This document shows positions 37,632 to 49,024 of a DNA stretch of 64,000 bases, piece by piece. This DNA is from Carpediemonas membranifera BICM (lineage: Eukaryota; Protista; Fornicata): positions 496,001-560,000 of the forward strand of contig JAHDYR010000012.1 in the NCBI GenBank assembly GCA_019828565.1, written 5' to 3'. A program made the position numbers and the translations under genes. The notes beneath the pieces are model-generated. The model saw only the letters and a list, made by a program, of their open reading frames with translations. It was not told where the DNA came from and ran no database searches. Numbering within the stretch: the stretch's first letter is position 1; each line of letters starts with the position of its first letter.

Positions 37632-40600
37632 TTACAGACCGTCACGCTTGGCTTGGTCAGACTTCAAATATGTATCGAGGGCTTCCAAATCTTTGACGTG
37701 CGAATAAGGTTCGAATGAAGCCTCTGAATCCTCGAATCCGACCCAGTGTACGAGGTACTCGCGCCTTGACTTGGGGCCCGAGCCTCTAGAGCGTGAGATG
37801 CGCTCGACATGCCACTCATCGACGGAAGCGGCTGCGAGGTCATAGATCTGTTGCTCCGAGAGCTTGCCTGGGTCAAATCTTCGCACACGTGCCGCGTCTA
37901 CCTTGATAGTTGGACCGTCCGCTGACTGACTGAGGTCTTGGACCTCATATGCGACGACAACACCATCACGTTTGACGGCTGCGACACGCCTCATGGGGCC
38001 GCGCCAGCCCGGGGCTAGCTTGCTCGGTGGTCTTGGGTAGTATTTGACCAGCACGAAACGGCTCAATATCTCGCTTCTCGATGAGGTTGCCTTTGCGAGA
38101 GCGTCTTCGCGCATGGCTCTAATCCTTGCTTTGGCGAGTTGGATGGCGGCATCGGCTGCGGCTAGCTTCGACTGTGGCGGACCAGCCGAGGCGGCATCCG
38201 TGATATAGATCGATGACGGTATTGATAAATTGGCGCCAAACATGATCTCGGCCGGAGTCAACCGGGTCGGGATCCTGGGCATTGAGTTGACCAAGAATTG
38301 GGCGACTGGTAGGTGTGCTACCCAATCGTTATTCCTTAACTCCAGCTTCCTGGCTCTGAGGATGCGTTCGACCTCCTTGTTCGCGCGTTCGACGACACCG
38401 TTGCTCTGGGGATGGTATGCTGTCGTTATGTGGACGTCGAACCCCATCTCTTCGGAGAGGCGTTTGAACAGAGCGTTTTTGAACTCTGAGCCCCCATCCG
38501 ATTGGACGACTTCGGGGCATCCGTATCGTAGAATCCAGGTGTTGACCAATGCGTTGGCTGCGTCTTTGGCTGAGGTGCTGTTGACCGGGACTAGCTCTGT
38601 CCAGCGGGAGCACATGTCGATCATTACTGTCACGTAGGACAGGCCGTTGACCGTCGGTAGCGGACCCATGGTGTCAATGGCCACACGCCGGAACGGGAGG
38701 TCTACAGCTGTATGCAGGCCGTCGGGCGTATCAACAGGAGGGCGGGCCAAGACTTGGCACTCTGGACACGCGGTAATCACGTCGTCTACGACTTGACGGG
38801 AGACAGACAAACCGTCGGCCCTAAGTTGCTCGGTTGTCATCCGGCGAGACAGATGAGCTCCTGCTGTGAGATGAGCGCGGGATACCTGATCCCTCGACGC
38901 CTGTTGCATGGAGAATACTCTCGAGAGACCGTCGGCTCCACCGTTGTCCAGACCGGCGATGTGCTGTAGGGTGAAATCTAAATCGGCGATCGAATCAGCC
39001 CACCGGCGGACCTTGGCGTTGGTGGACCGGTACATATAGAGTAGGTTCCGGTGATCCGTGAGAATAGTAAAGCTCTCCCAGCACAGGAACTTGCGCCATC
39101 GTTGTAACGCTGCCACGATAGCGTAGGCTTCTTTCTCACCGGTACACCAGCGTGACTGGACGTCGTTGAACGCACGCGACATATAGCAAACTGGTCGGCC
39201 CTCTTGGAGTAAGACTGCTCCGTACCCGACATCGGATGCGTCAGTCATGACAGTGTGAGGCTTAGTCGCGTCGAACATGGCTAGAGCGTCGGCCGATCAT
39301 AAAGCTTGTTTCAGATCGTCCAGCGACTTCTGAAGAACGTCTCGAGGGGGGGTCTGCCGACCGGACATGGCGTCTAGCAGAGGCTTAGCTCGGACCGCGA
39401 AGTTGGGTATGTAATCGCGGAAATAGTTGAGGAATCCGTTGAGACCCTGCATGCCCTTCGTGGATGAAGACAGCTTGAGGTTCGCGATATCTTCGGTCCG
39501 CTGGGGTGAGATCTTCACGCTGCCTTGGGATATGATCCACCCGAGGAACTCGACCTCTTGCCGACCGAACTGGCACTTATCTCGGCCGAGCTGAAGGTTA
39601 AGCTTGTCAACGCGTTGCATGACTTTTTCGAGGTTTCCCAGGTACTCGTCCTCATCCGCACCCATGACGATGATGTCATCAATGTATATGACACAGGCGG
39701 AGCCCACCAGACCCTTGAACCCGTCTTCCATCGCCCTCTGGAAGTACGCTCCGGCGTTACGTAAGCCGAAGGGCATCCGTGTATATTGGTATTGACCAAA
39801 AACAGTACGGAAGGCGGTTAGGTGACGGCACCGTTCAGTAAGAGGGATCTGATGGTATCCTGCTGACAAGTCTAGGGTAGCGAACAGACTTTCCGGACAG
39901 TTGAGTGAGAACTTCGTCTATGCGAGGGATGGGGTAGTCGAATGGTTCCGTTAGTTGATTGATCTCGCGGAAGTCGACGACAAAACGCGTCTTTCCCCCC
40001 TTCTTTGGAACTATGATGGTAGGGCTCGCGTATTGAGACTGGCATGCCTCGATGTAGCGCTTTGCCAGGAGCGTATTAATGTGCTCTTGAATGATCGGGA
40101 CTTTCGGCGGGGGAACATAGTACGGCCGAATGTGTACGACTCTGTCGCCCTTGAGGACCAAATCATACGGTTCGAGCCGGCTTGGCTCGGTACGGTCCAC
40201 GAATGTCCGGGCGTAACGCTTGAGGATGTCGGCCTGCCTCTGAGAAAAGGAAGAGGACATGGCTCTGGCTTGCGCGACGTACTTCTCGAATGTAGGTGGT
40301 TCGTCGCTGGCTGCGAGCTCGCTGGTAGGCTCAGACAACGAAGGGAGAAGGCCGATCTCCACCATCTGAGGGTAACCCAGGCATACATCGAAAGCGGTCG
40401 ACAGGACGTAGGCCTTAATAGTGATAGAGCATCCGCGCGGAGTGAATGGCGAGGGCGCTAAGACGAGGCGGAAGGATACCTGACCATCGGCCTCTCTGAC
40501 GCCGCCCACTGTCTCGATAAGTGTCTTCTCGTGTGAGATCCACTTCACTGCCTTGCCGTGGCAGAGCTTGGGGTCAATGGTTGCGCAGTCAGCGCCCGAG

Positions 40601-41568
40601 TCGAACAGGACGGACACGACTTGCTTAAGAATGCTAGCCTTGACGGAGGGGAGGACACTCTGACGGGAACCGAGAGAAAACACACAACGAGCTGAATTTA
40701 CCTCAGAACGGCAGAATTCAGCTCGGTGGCCCGGCTTCTGGCACTTGGAACAGGTTGTCTTCGGAGCAGGGCATCGGCGAGCGGAGTGACCGACCTTACC
40801 GCAGTTGAAGCACACGAATGGCTTCTTCTCGTGCTTGGGCTTGTCGATCGGCTTGCCTTTTGAGGGGGCTACGTTCGTGCGGTCAGGCTCGCGTCGATGA
40901 GGGTTCTTCGGACCGCTCCCCGTGTGCCGTGTATGGGAGGGCGTGGTGTTGGTACGCTGTGAGTCGGAGACCCCCGCAGCGCCGAAGGAAGCGATCATCT
41001 CCTTGGACTCCTTGAGGTCGCGTGACATGACGAGGACATCAGCCATTGCGTCCTTGAGATCCTTGCGCTCCGTTGATTCTCTGACTCGATACATGATGCG
41101 ACTGTTGTTGGGGAACTTGAAGCAGCGGCTGTACGTCTCCTTCAAGACGTCCTCGGGATCTTCGGGTTGAACGAGCTTCAAGAGCAGATTGAATCGGCGG
41201 TTCACTCGAGCAACCTCATCAGGCTCGAAGGACTTGGCGGGGACTCGGAAGAGCTGTAGACGCATGCTCGGGCGAGAAGGTCGAAGGGCAGCACCGAGGC
41301 GCTTGAGGACTCGTTCATCTTGGGCTGCGACACGACGTTTCTTACGGAGCTTCGCGGAGAGCAGGAGAGGAGTGTCTTCAACCTCTTCGTCGTCGTTAAG
41401 GCCTGCTAGCTCTGCTATGCTAGGCTCGATGAGGTCAATAACATCATCGCGGCCGCCTAAGGCGCGATGATCGTGGAGGTTATCCGCAAAGTCCAAAAGA
41501 GCGTCCATGGAGGACTTCTTCAGGAGAGGCGGATTCTTCTTCAGGCTTCTGTAAGTTTCCGTACCCAT
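37632..41568 (-). CDS. Gag-Pol of element 2 (two zinc knuckles, protease, RT, RNase H, integrase, chromodomain), two frameshifts
   Basis: CFNCGKVGHSARRC, CSKCQKPGHRAEFC, LFDSGA, YIDD, TDAS, CPEC, IDTMGP/SDGG/VER, WHVERI..YLVHWVGF. Confidence 0.92.
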
Positions 41569-41589
41569 ATGTTTTGGTAGTACTAGTAC

Positions 41590-41711
41590 TGTGGTTCAAT
41601 GGGTGTTGAACTTTTACTGAGGAGAAGACTCGACACAAGGGTGTCGAGGAGAAACTCCTTGACTATTAAATATAACGTAAATCTGTGTAACTTTGGGTAG
41701 GACCCACAACA
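41590..41711 (-). repeat. 5' LTR of element 2
   Basis: Matches 35766-35887. Confidence 0.95.
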
Positions 41712-42041
41712 CAACGACATCCTTATGGGCTAGCACGCACTTGGCACGGTTGAGGCGGAGGCCAACCTGTTTGTTCTGGACGTCGCGCATGAGCTCGACA
41801 ACCGCAGTTTCAGAGCACAATGTGTTGAACACCGTGTCCGTATCGCACCACAGTCTGTCAATTAGGCTTATGTCGACGAACTTCGCGTAGGTGCTATGAA
41901 CTTCGGTAAGAAGAGCACGAACATCCTCGGCGAAGACGCTTTCGCGCCATACGAGTCTCGTACGTCGTCGAGTCACCATCTGGCCTCCAGGATCAGCCTG
42001 GGGCACAGAAAATGACGACATTTCCATTTCGGGAGGGAGCA

Positions 42042-45000
42042 AACTTTTATGTAATCAACGACAAACTGTCTAGCGAGCGGCGAGGCGCAGCCGAGCTTCG
42101 CGAGCCTGAGCGCAGCGAAGCAGTTTGAGGCTATGGGGTGCGTCGGGGTCCTCCGTCGCTCCATCCAGTGAGTCGCTGGCGAGTCAACAAAACCAACAAG
42201 AACACTCTGAAGCGCTCTGCACGAGCCGATTGCTACACCAATATCAGAATTGAGTAACAATTAGTGGGAGAGGCCCAAATCCTCTGCTGCAGCATGTGCT
42301 GCGTCGCATTGCTTGATGAACGCTGCATATGTGTGCACTTGCCCTCTCATGCACGCCAAGAAAGCGTTATCAGCCATCTCGCGGACCTGCTCAGCCTTAA
42401 GACCAAGTTCATCGCGCAAATCGTCCGTCCAGCCCCTTCCGTGCACTCTTCCAACGTCACCGTTGTGAAGCGTCACCGCGGGTATGAGCTTGACGTCCCA
42501 GTTGGAGTACTGGGCGCGCTTGCTCGTCATGGCCTGAGACACGTGGTTGCTGACGACGTTGTCAATGACGATTGCCTTCACGCCAGGTTTCGTGAGGAGG
42601 ATGTCCGCCCGCGCCTTCATAGGCTTGGTCCGGTCAATGGTCCACTCACTGGCCTTGTTCAACCACACCTCGGACTGGACTCTCCAGCCATAACCCTTCA
42701 GGTCTCTCACCAGCCCGTCCTTGATAGCGTTGTGACGCTCGTCGTCCAGGCCTCCACGTAGGCATGGGCAGCACAGGGTGTGAGTAGCGTTGCACACAAC
42801 GGACTGGTGGTTCACGGTGCGTGCCCTGTAGAGAGGGTAGACGTCAAATCCGGGCGTGAATGCGGGGAGGCCCAGGTGATTGCGGAAGATGGGGGCAACA
42901 GCGGCATCGGTTACCGAGCGCCCAAGAGAGGTCGGGTCGACCATCATGAACGACCGAACGACGTTGGGCGAGACGGCGGCACTCACAGAGAGCTTGGTGG
43001 CAATAGATTCCTCAACGAGGCGAACCAAGTTCTTCTGCGTGTGGTCGGCGTCAAGAGCCTTCACATCGTCCAAGCCACTAGGCCAGTTCGACGGCGTGTT
43101 GAGCTGGGGCGGGAGACACTTGATGGCACCCGTCACGCTGTCAGGTGAGCGTGTAACACCCAGCCCTGCCAGTTGTCTCGTGGCCGCGAGGAACGCGGGA
43201 GCCCACACGACTGATGGCATTGCCAGCGCAAGCCCGCGTCTTTCGACCGGCATACTCAGGCGGAGAGCAAAGTCGTCATCGACCTCAGCCTCGCTCGACA
43301 GGATTCGGAGGATGGCCGGGACCGCCTCTTTCTTCTCAAATCCGAGCTCAGCCTCGTAGAGACCGTTGCCGACTCCACCCGTTGCGGGGGGAACGTTACG
43401 GAAGAAGTGCTCCCACTTTGTGAGCGCACAATACTTCGCAATGATCAACGCAGGGGCAGTTGCCTCCGGCCCCTCCTTGGCCACCATCTCTCCGGCAGCG
43501 TTAAGGAGTTGCATCACGCGACAATTGACCTTGGCCAACTCACCCATCGCATGAGCAGCGGACCCAACCGGAACGCCCACGAGGTTTAGGCTGCGTCTTC
43601 TTGGGACGCCTCCCGAGGTGTTGCCGTCGGTAACGTCTCTGTGCGCCACAACGCACTTCGACTTGTTGAGCCGCAGGCCGACTTCGAGGAACTTCTCCCT
43701 CGCGATCTCGACAAGGTTGTTAGCCTCTCGGCCGACACCGGGCGTCTGCAAAGGCCGATCAGTCGTGGCGACAAGATCGTCTTGGTACGCTTGGAGGTGC
43801 CAACCCGGGAACGCCTCGCGCAGAACGTCCAGAATGGGCTTGATGCCCAGGCTGAACAGAATAGGGGACAGGGGATCTCCTTGATGTATGCCCTCAGCTG
43901 ACCTTATCACTCCTCCTGACGTGGAGAATAGGAGCCCTTGGCGATACATCGTAGACAGGTAGGGCATGAGAGCAGGCATGTAAGCGCGTACCACGTCGAA
44001 CATGAACGCCCTAGATAGGCATCCATAAGCGTTCGATAAGTCGAGGGAGACAACAGTCCCTCCCTCCTCGTAGACCCTGGTCACGCTGTCACTCAGCCTC
44101 TCCAGGCCGCACTTCTCCCCCACCCCATACTGATCCTTGAGGGTCCGGTCGACGTCGACCAGGCGGGCCCTCACAGCCCAGGCGAGAGCCTTCGCCGCAA
44201 CCCGCCGAAGCGAGTCCCCGATGGCCACTCCTCGGATCTTCCCGCCCCCTTGGGGACCGGGACAATGATGCAGTGGCTCAATGCCGCGGTGTAGGTCTCG
44301 CCGTTCAGGATGTCCTGTACGATCGGCATCAATGCGGCGATGAGGTCATGTCTGGCCACCTTCGCTGCTATTCTGATATGGAGGAAGGACAAGCCCGACG
44401 GCCCTGGGGCCGCCTCGGCCTTTAGAGCGTGTAGTACAGTCTTGAGGGTCCTAGCGGACACCTCAACTGACTGCAGTGGCTCTGCGGGGACGTCCTTAAA
44501 CGGAACATCTGGGCGCAGGCCACTGTAATCCTCCTGCAGTCTCTTCAGCTCTACATCCACCTCCTGTGGTGACAGGCCCGCATCCTCAGCTACCAGCGCA
44601 GTGGCTGCCTTGGACACGAACCCGTGGCGAACCAGTCGCATCACCTTACGCCACTTGGACGGGCGGCGCTTGGGGCCTTTCGATGCAACCGGCGGTGCGT
44701 ACAGCGCCTTCGGGTACTCGAGTACCGTCCTCAGGGCCGCGCGCTTCTCGTCCTCGCTCTCCACGAGGGCCACCCGCTTGAGCTTCTCGATCAGGCCTCT
44801 GGCGAATTTCTCGCGTCCCCTCTTGGGGGGAGCGATCTTGCCAAGGAAGAGAGCCTGTCCCGGTGGTAGGAACACGTCGGGTCGATGGGCTGGGTGAGCG
44901 GGAGGGGCAGTCGGGGGGCTTGCGGTGAAGCCCACCGCGGTGACGTGCGCTGCTGCGCTCGGCTGCGATGACAGCTGGCTACCAGGGGCGTGGACCTCTT

Positions 45001-45490
45001 CGACAGATGGAAGGAGACTGGCAGGGTCGTTGTTGCCCATCACGTTTCTCCTGATCTCTCGGAAGAATTCGGCCGCCACCGACGGAGCTGTTTTGGCAGA
45101 ACGCAGCGGTGTTGCTTTGGGAGTACTGCTAAGAGTAACACCCGCCGCGTCTAAGAGCCGCTTGAAGGAATCTACGATGTCCTTCAGTGCTCTCACCGTC
45201 AAACGCACAATCTTCTTGTTGTTCACGTCCTTCATCAGCTCGACGATGGCCGCTTCGGAGCACAGCGTATCAAACACTGTCTCTACGTTGCACCAACGTG
45301 CGTCAATGAACTCAGCATTGACGAATTTCGCGTAGTCGGTACGAACAGTCTGCAGCAGAAGCTGTACGTCCCGAGCAAGCGCGTTTTCGCGCCAATCGGA
45401 CGTTATGGAAACTCTCATCGCCATCTGGCCTCCAGGATCAGCCTGGGGCACAGAAAATGACGACATTTCCATTTCGGAAGGGAGGGAGCA
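42042..45490 (-). mobile_element. Unit 10, family B, full length
   Basis: ORF 45424->42261, one frameshift near 44240; YPLY in the zinc knuckle; 4-nt insertion in the leader. Confidence 0.92.
42261..45424 (-). CDS. Family B RT-RLE polyprotein (~1054 aa when repaired)
   Basis: ORFs 44171-45472 and 42261-44228. Confidence 0.82.
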
Positions 45491-48400
45491 TCGTTTATTG
45501 CCTTTTGGACGAACTGTATTGCGAGCGGCGAGGCGCAGCCGAGCTTCGCGAGCCTGAGCGCAGCGAAGACGTCACTCTAGTGGTCAGTATGTCGGGTTTG
45601 AGGCACTGCTCGCTCCGAAATCTCCCTTTCGACTCTCCACTCAGTCACAACGAACGCGAACGCGAATAACGCGCAGATCACGCTCAAAGTACAGAAACAA
45701 CATCAGTATTAGTGGTTGAGGCCATTAGCCTCAGCTTGACGGTACGCAGCATCCGCCTGGCGCATGAACGCATGGAACACATGAACTTGCTGCCGCATAC
45801 AGGCCATCATGACCGCGTCGGCAATCTGCCCAACAGTTTCGGCATCAAGGCCCAAAACGTCGCGCATCTCATCGGTCCATCCTCTCCCATGCACAGCACC
45901 AACACCACCACTCTGGCGAACGACCACGGGAATAACCCGGACGTTCCAGTTGGCGTACTGCTCCTTCTTGCTCCGCATAGATGCAGACGCGTGATTGCTC
46001 ACCACTACGTCAAGCACAACGGGTTCGGTATGGCCCGGTCTGGTCAAGAGGAGGTCCGCCCGCGCCTTGACCCGTTTGGTCCGGTCCACAGTCCACTCGC
46101 TGCCCCGTCCGAGCCAATGCTCAACTCTTACGCGCCAGGGGTGCCCGCGCAGCAGTTTGGCGAGCGTGTCGCGAATTTGGTCGTGCCGCTCCGATCCCAG
46201 CCCCTCCCTCAGGAAGGGACAGGTAAGAGAATGCTCGGCTGAGCAGGGGACAGACCGGTGGTTAACACTACGGGCCAGGCATAGCGGACAGACGTCGTGG
46301 CCTGTCTCCAAAGGCAGGAAGGCCGACATGGTTGCGAAGCATCGGTGCAGCACCCTCGTCACAGGGGTTACGACCCATAGCGGCTGGATCAGCCGCGAGT
46401 AGAGACCTGATCACGTTTGGCGAGTCGACTGAAACAGTCAGTTGGCTGGAAATGTTATCCTGCAGGAGGCGTACCAACTTCTTCTGCGTGCTCTCGAGTG
46501 AGAGCTTTCTGACATCGCCATATGATGTCGGCCAATCCTTGGGCGTCGCGGCGAGAGCCGGGATGCATGGCAGTGCGTCTTGGATGAGAGCCTCGGGCCT
46601 TTCGACCTTCAGCTCTATGAGTTGTCGTGCGGCACCCAGATAGGCTGGGGCCCACACAACAGAGGGCATGGCCAATCCGAGCCCGCCTTGACTGACCGGC
46701 AGACAGAGCCTTGCGGCGAAGTCCTTGTCAGTCTCTGCGCTGGACTGGAGCAGCTTCAGGATGGCGGGGACCACCTTCTGCTGTTCGAAGTCCAGTTGCG
46801 ACTCGAACATGTCACCCCCGCCCGGCGAAACATTGCGGAAGAAGTGCTCCCACTTGGTGAGGGCACACAGTTTCGTCACTAGGAGGGCAGGGGCGACGGC
46901 TTCCGCGCCAATGTCAGAGACCATCGATGCAGCAGCGTCAAGCAGCTCCATAACCTTGCGGTTAGCAGAGCCTAGCTCCCGCATGATGTGCGTGGCGGAG
47001 CCGATTGGAACACCAACCAGCTTGGTATCGCGTCTCCGTGGGACGCCACCAGTTGTGTTGCCGTCAACGACATCCTTATGGGCTAGCACGCACTTGGCAC
47101 GGTTGAGGCGGAGGCCAACCTCGTTGAACTTCTGAGCGGCGAGTTCTGTGAGATTGTTGGCCTCACGGCCGACCCCAGGCGACTGTAGCGGGCGGGTAGT
47201 GGTGGCTACGATGTCATCCTGGTAGGCACGGATGCACCACCCAGGGAAAGCCTCGCGCAAGACGTCCAGAATGGGCTTAACGCCTAAGCTGAAAAGAATT
47301 GGCGAGAGCGGGTCCCCTTGGTGAATGCCTTCAGCCGACCTCATGGTGATGCCGGAGGTAGAGAAAAGTAAGCCCCGTCGGTACATGGTCGACAGGTATG
47401 GGATGAGCGCCGGCATGTAGGCCGCCACCACCTTCATGGCGAAGGCCCTCGACAAGCATCCATAGGCGTTGGAAAGGTCGAGTGTGAGCACTGTACCACC
47501 ACTTCGGTAGACTGCACTCACCTCCTCTCCCAACCTCTCCAAGCCGCACTTCTCACCTACTCCGAACTGGTCCTTCAGGGCACGATCGACGTCAACCAGC
47601 CGCTTACGGACGGACCAGGCGAGTGCCTTTGCCGCCACACGGCGAATAGAGTCGCCGATCGCGACCCCTCGGACCTTCCCTTCACCTTTCGGCACAGGGA
47701 CGAGAATGCAATGACTGAACACATCAGTGTAAGCTTCTCCGTTCAGGATGTCCTGAACCAGCGGGAGCAGAGCCTGGACTAGTTCGCGCCTTGATGTCTT
47801 GTAGGCGATCTTCAGGTGAAGGAACGATAGCCCGGAGGGCCCCGGGGCCGCCTCAGACTTGAGTGTGTTGAGGATGGTCTTCAGAGTCTTAGAGGAAACT
47901 TCGACACACTGCAGGGGGTTCTCGGGGACGTCTCGCATGGGGACGTCGGGACAAAGCCCGTTGAACCCAACCTGGAGGTCCCGCAGTTGAGCGTCGATTT
48001 CAGTCGGTGTCAGGTCAGTCTCATTGGCTACCATGGACGTGGCGGCCTTCGAGACAAACCCGTGGCGAATCAGGTTCAGCGTCCGACGCCACTTGCTCGC
48101 GCTAGCGCGTCGTCCGCCTCGGTCCGACGGCGGTGCGTACAGCGTCTTGGGGTAGTCTACAACCTTAAGAGCCTCAGCCCGCTTGGCGTCGTCACCTGTC
48201 GCGTTGTTCACCTCCCTCAATCGTTCAATAAGGCCTCGTGTGAACTTCTCGCGCCCGCGCTTGGGCGGAGCGATCTTTCCGAGGAACAAGGCCTGACCCG
48301 GGGGAAGGAAGACATCGGGTCGATGAGCAGGGGTAGTGGGAGGTGCTGATGGCGGGGTTAGGGGGAAACCAACCGCCGAAACGTGAGCTGCCGTGTCTGC

Positions 48401-48945
48401 CTGGACCTCTTCGTCAACAGGCTGCGATGACAGACCCTCGTCGTCCGTCGCGATCTCTACTGCAGAGGGAGGGACATTTGCAGCGGTCTCTGGACGCATA
48501 GCGTTGTCTCGTATCGTGCAGGCGATAATCGCAATGGACTTGGGGGCTGTGTTTGCAGAACGCAACGAAGTTGCCGTTGGCAGCGCCTGTGTGGTGATGC
48601 TGTGGGCCTTAAGGAGGTCCTTGAAGCTGTCAGCAATCGCCTTCAGGGCTTTCACGGTAAAGCGTACGATGTGTTTGTTCTGGACGTCGCGCATGAGCTC
48701 GACAACCGCAGTTTCAGAGCACAATGTGTTGAACACCGTGTCCGTATCACACCACAGTCTGTCAATTAGGCTTATGTCGACGAACTTCGCGTAGGTGCTA
48801 TGAACTTCGGTAAGAAGAGCACGAACATCCTCGGCGAAGACGCTTTCGCGCCATACGAGTCTCGTACGTCGTCGAGTCACCATCTGGCCTCCAGGATCAG
48901 CCTGGGGCACAGAAAATGACGACATTTCCATTTCGGGAGGGAGCA
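45491..48945 (-). mobile_element. Unit 11, family A, full length and best preserved
   Basis: Only one extra C near 46308. Confidence 0.93.
45709..48883 (-). CDS. Family A RT-RLE polyprotein (~1057 aa when repaired; 16 aa longer if the leader ATG is used)
   Basis: ORFs 46268-48946 and 45709-46362. Confidence 0.87.
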
Positions 48946-49024
48946 AACTTTTATGTAATCAACGACAAACTGTCTAGCGAGCGGCGAGGCGCAGCCGAGC
49001 TTCGCGAGCCTGAGCGCAGCGAAG
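48884..49024 (-). repeat. Inter-unit junction cassette (62-nt shared leader, 30/31-nt family tail, 48-nt shared block); representative copy
   Basis: Other copies at 2248-2389, 5706-5845, 10551-10643 plus 14321-14368, 17675-17814, 25169-25309, 28613-28753, 30679-30819, 34125-34264, 41980-42120, 45425-45568. Confidence 0.95.

Larger units (their letters stand above)
35766..41711 (-). mobile_element. Ty3/gypsy chromovirus-like LTR retrotransposon 2, full length
   Basis: 122-bp LTRs (35766-35887 and 41590-41711, one mismatch seen), 4-bp TSD CAAC, PPT GGAGGGGCAG. Confidence 0.96.
34187..42041 (-). mobile_element. Unit 9, family A, interrupted by LTR element 2 and carrying a ~1.55 kb in-frame deletion
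   Basis: Family A sequence at 34187-35765 and 41712-42041; deletion junction at 41768 (VQNKQ|VGLRLN). Confidence 0.9.
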
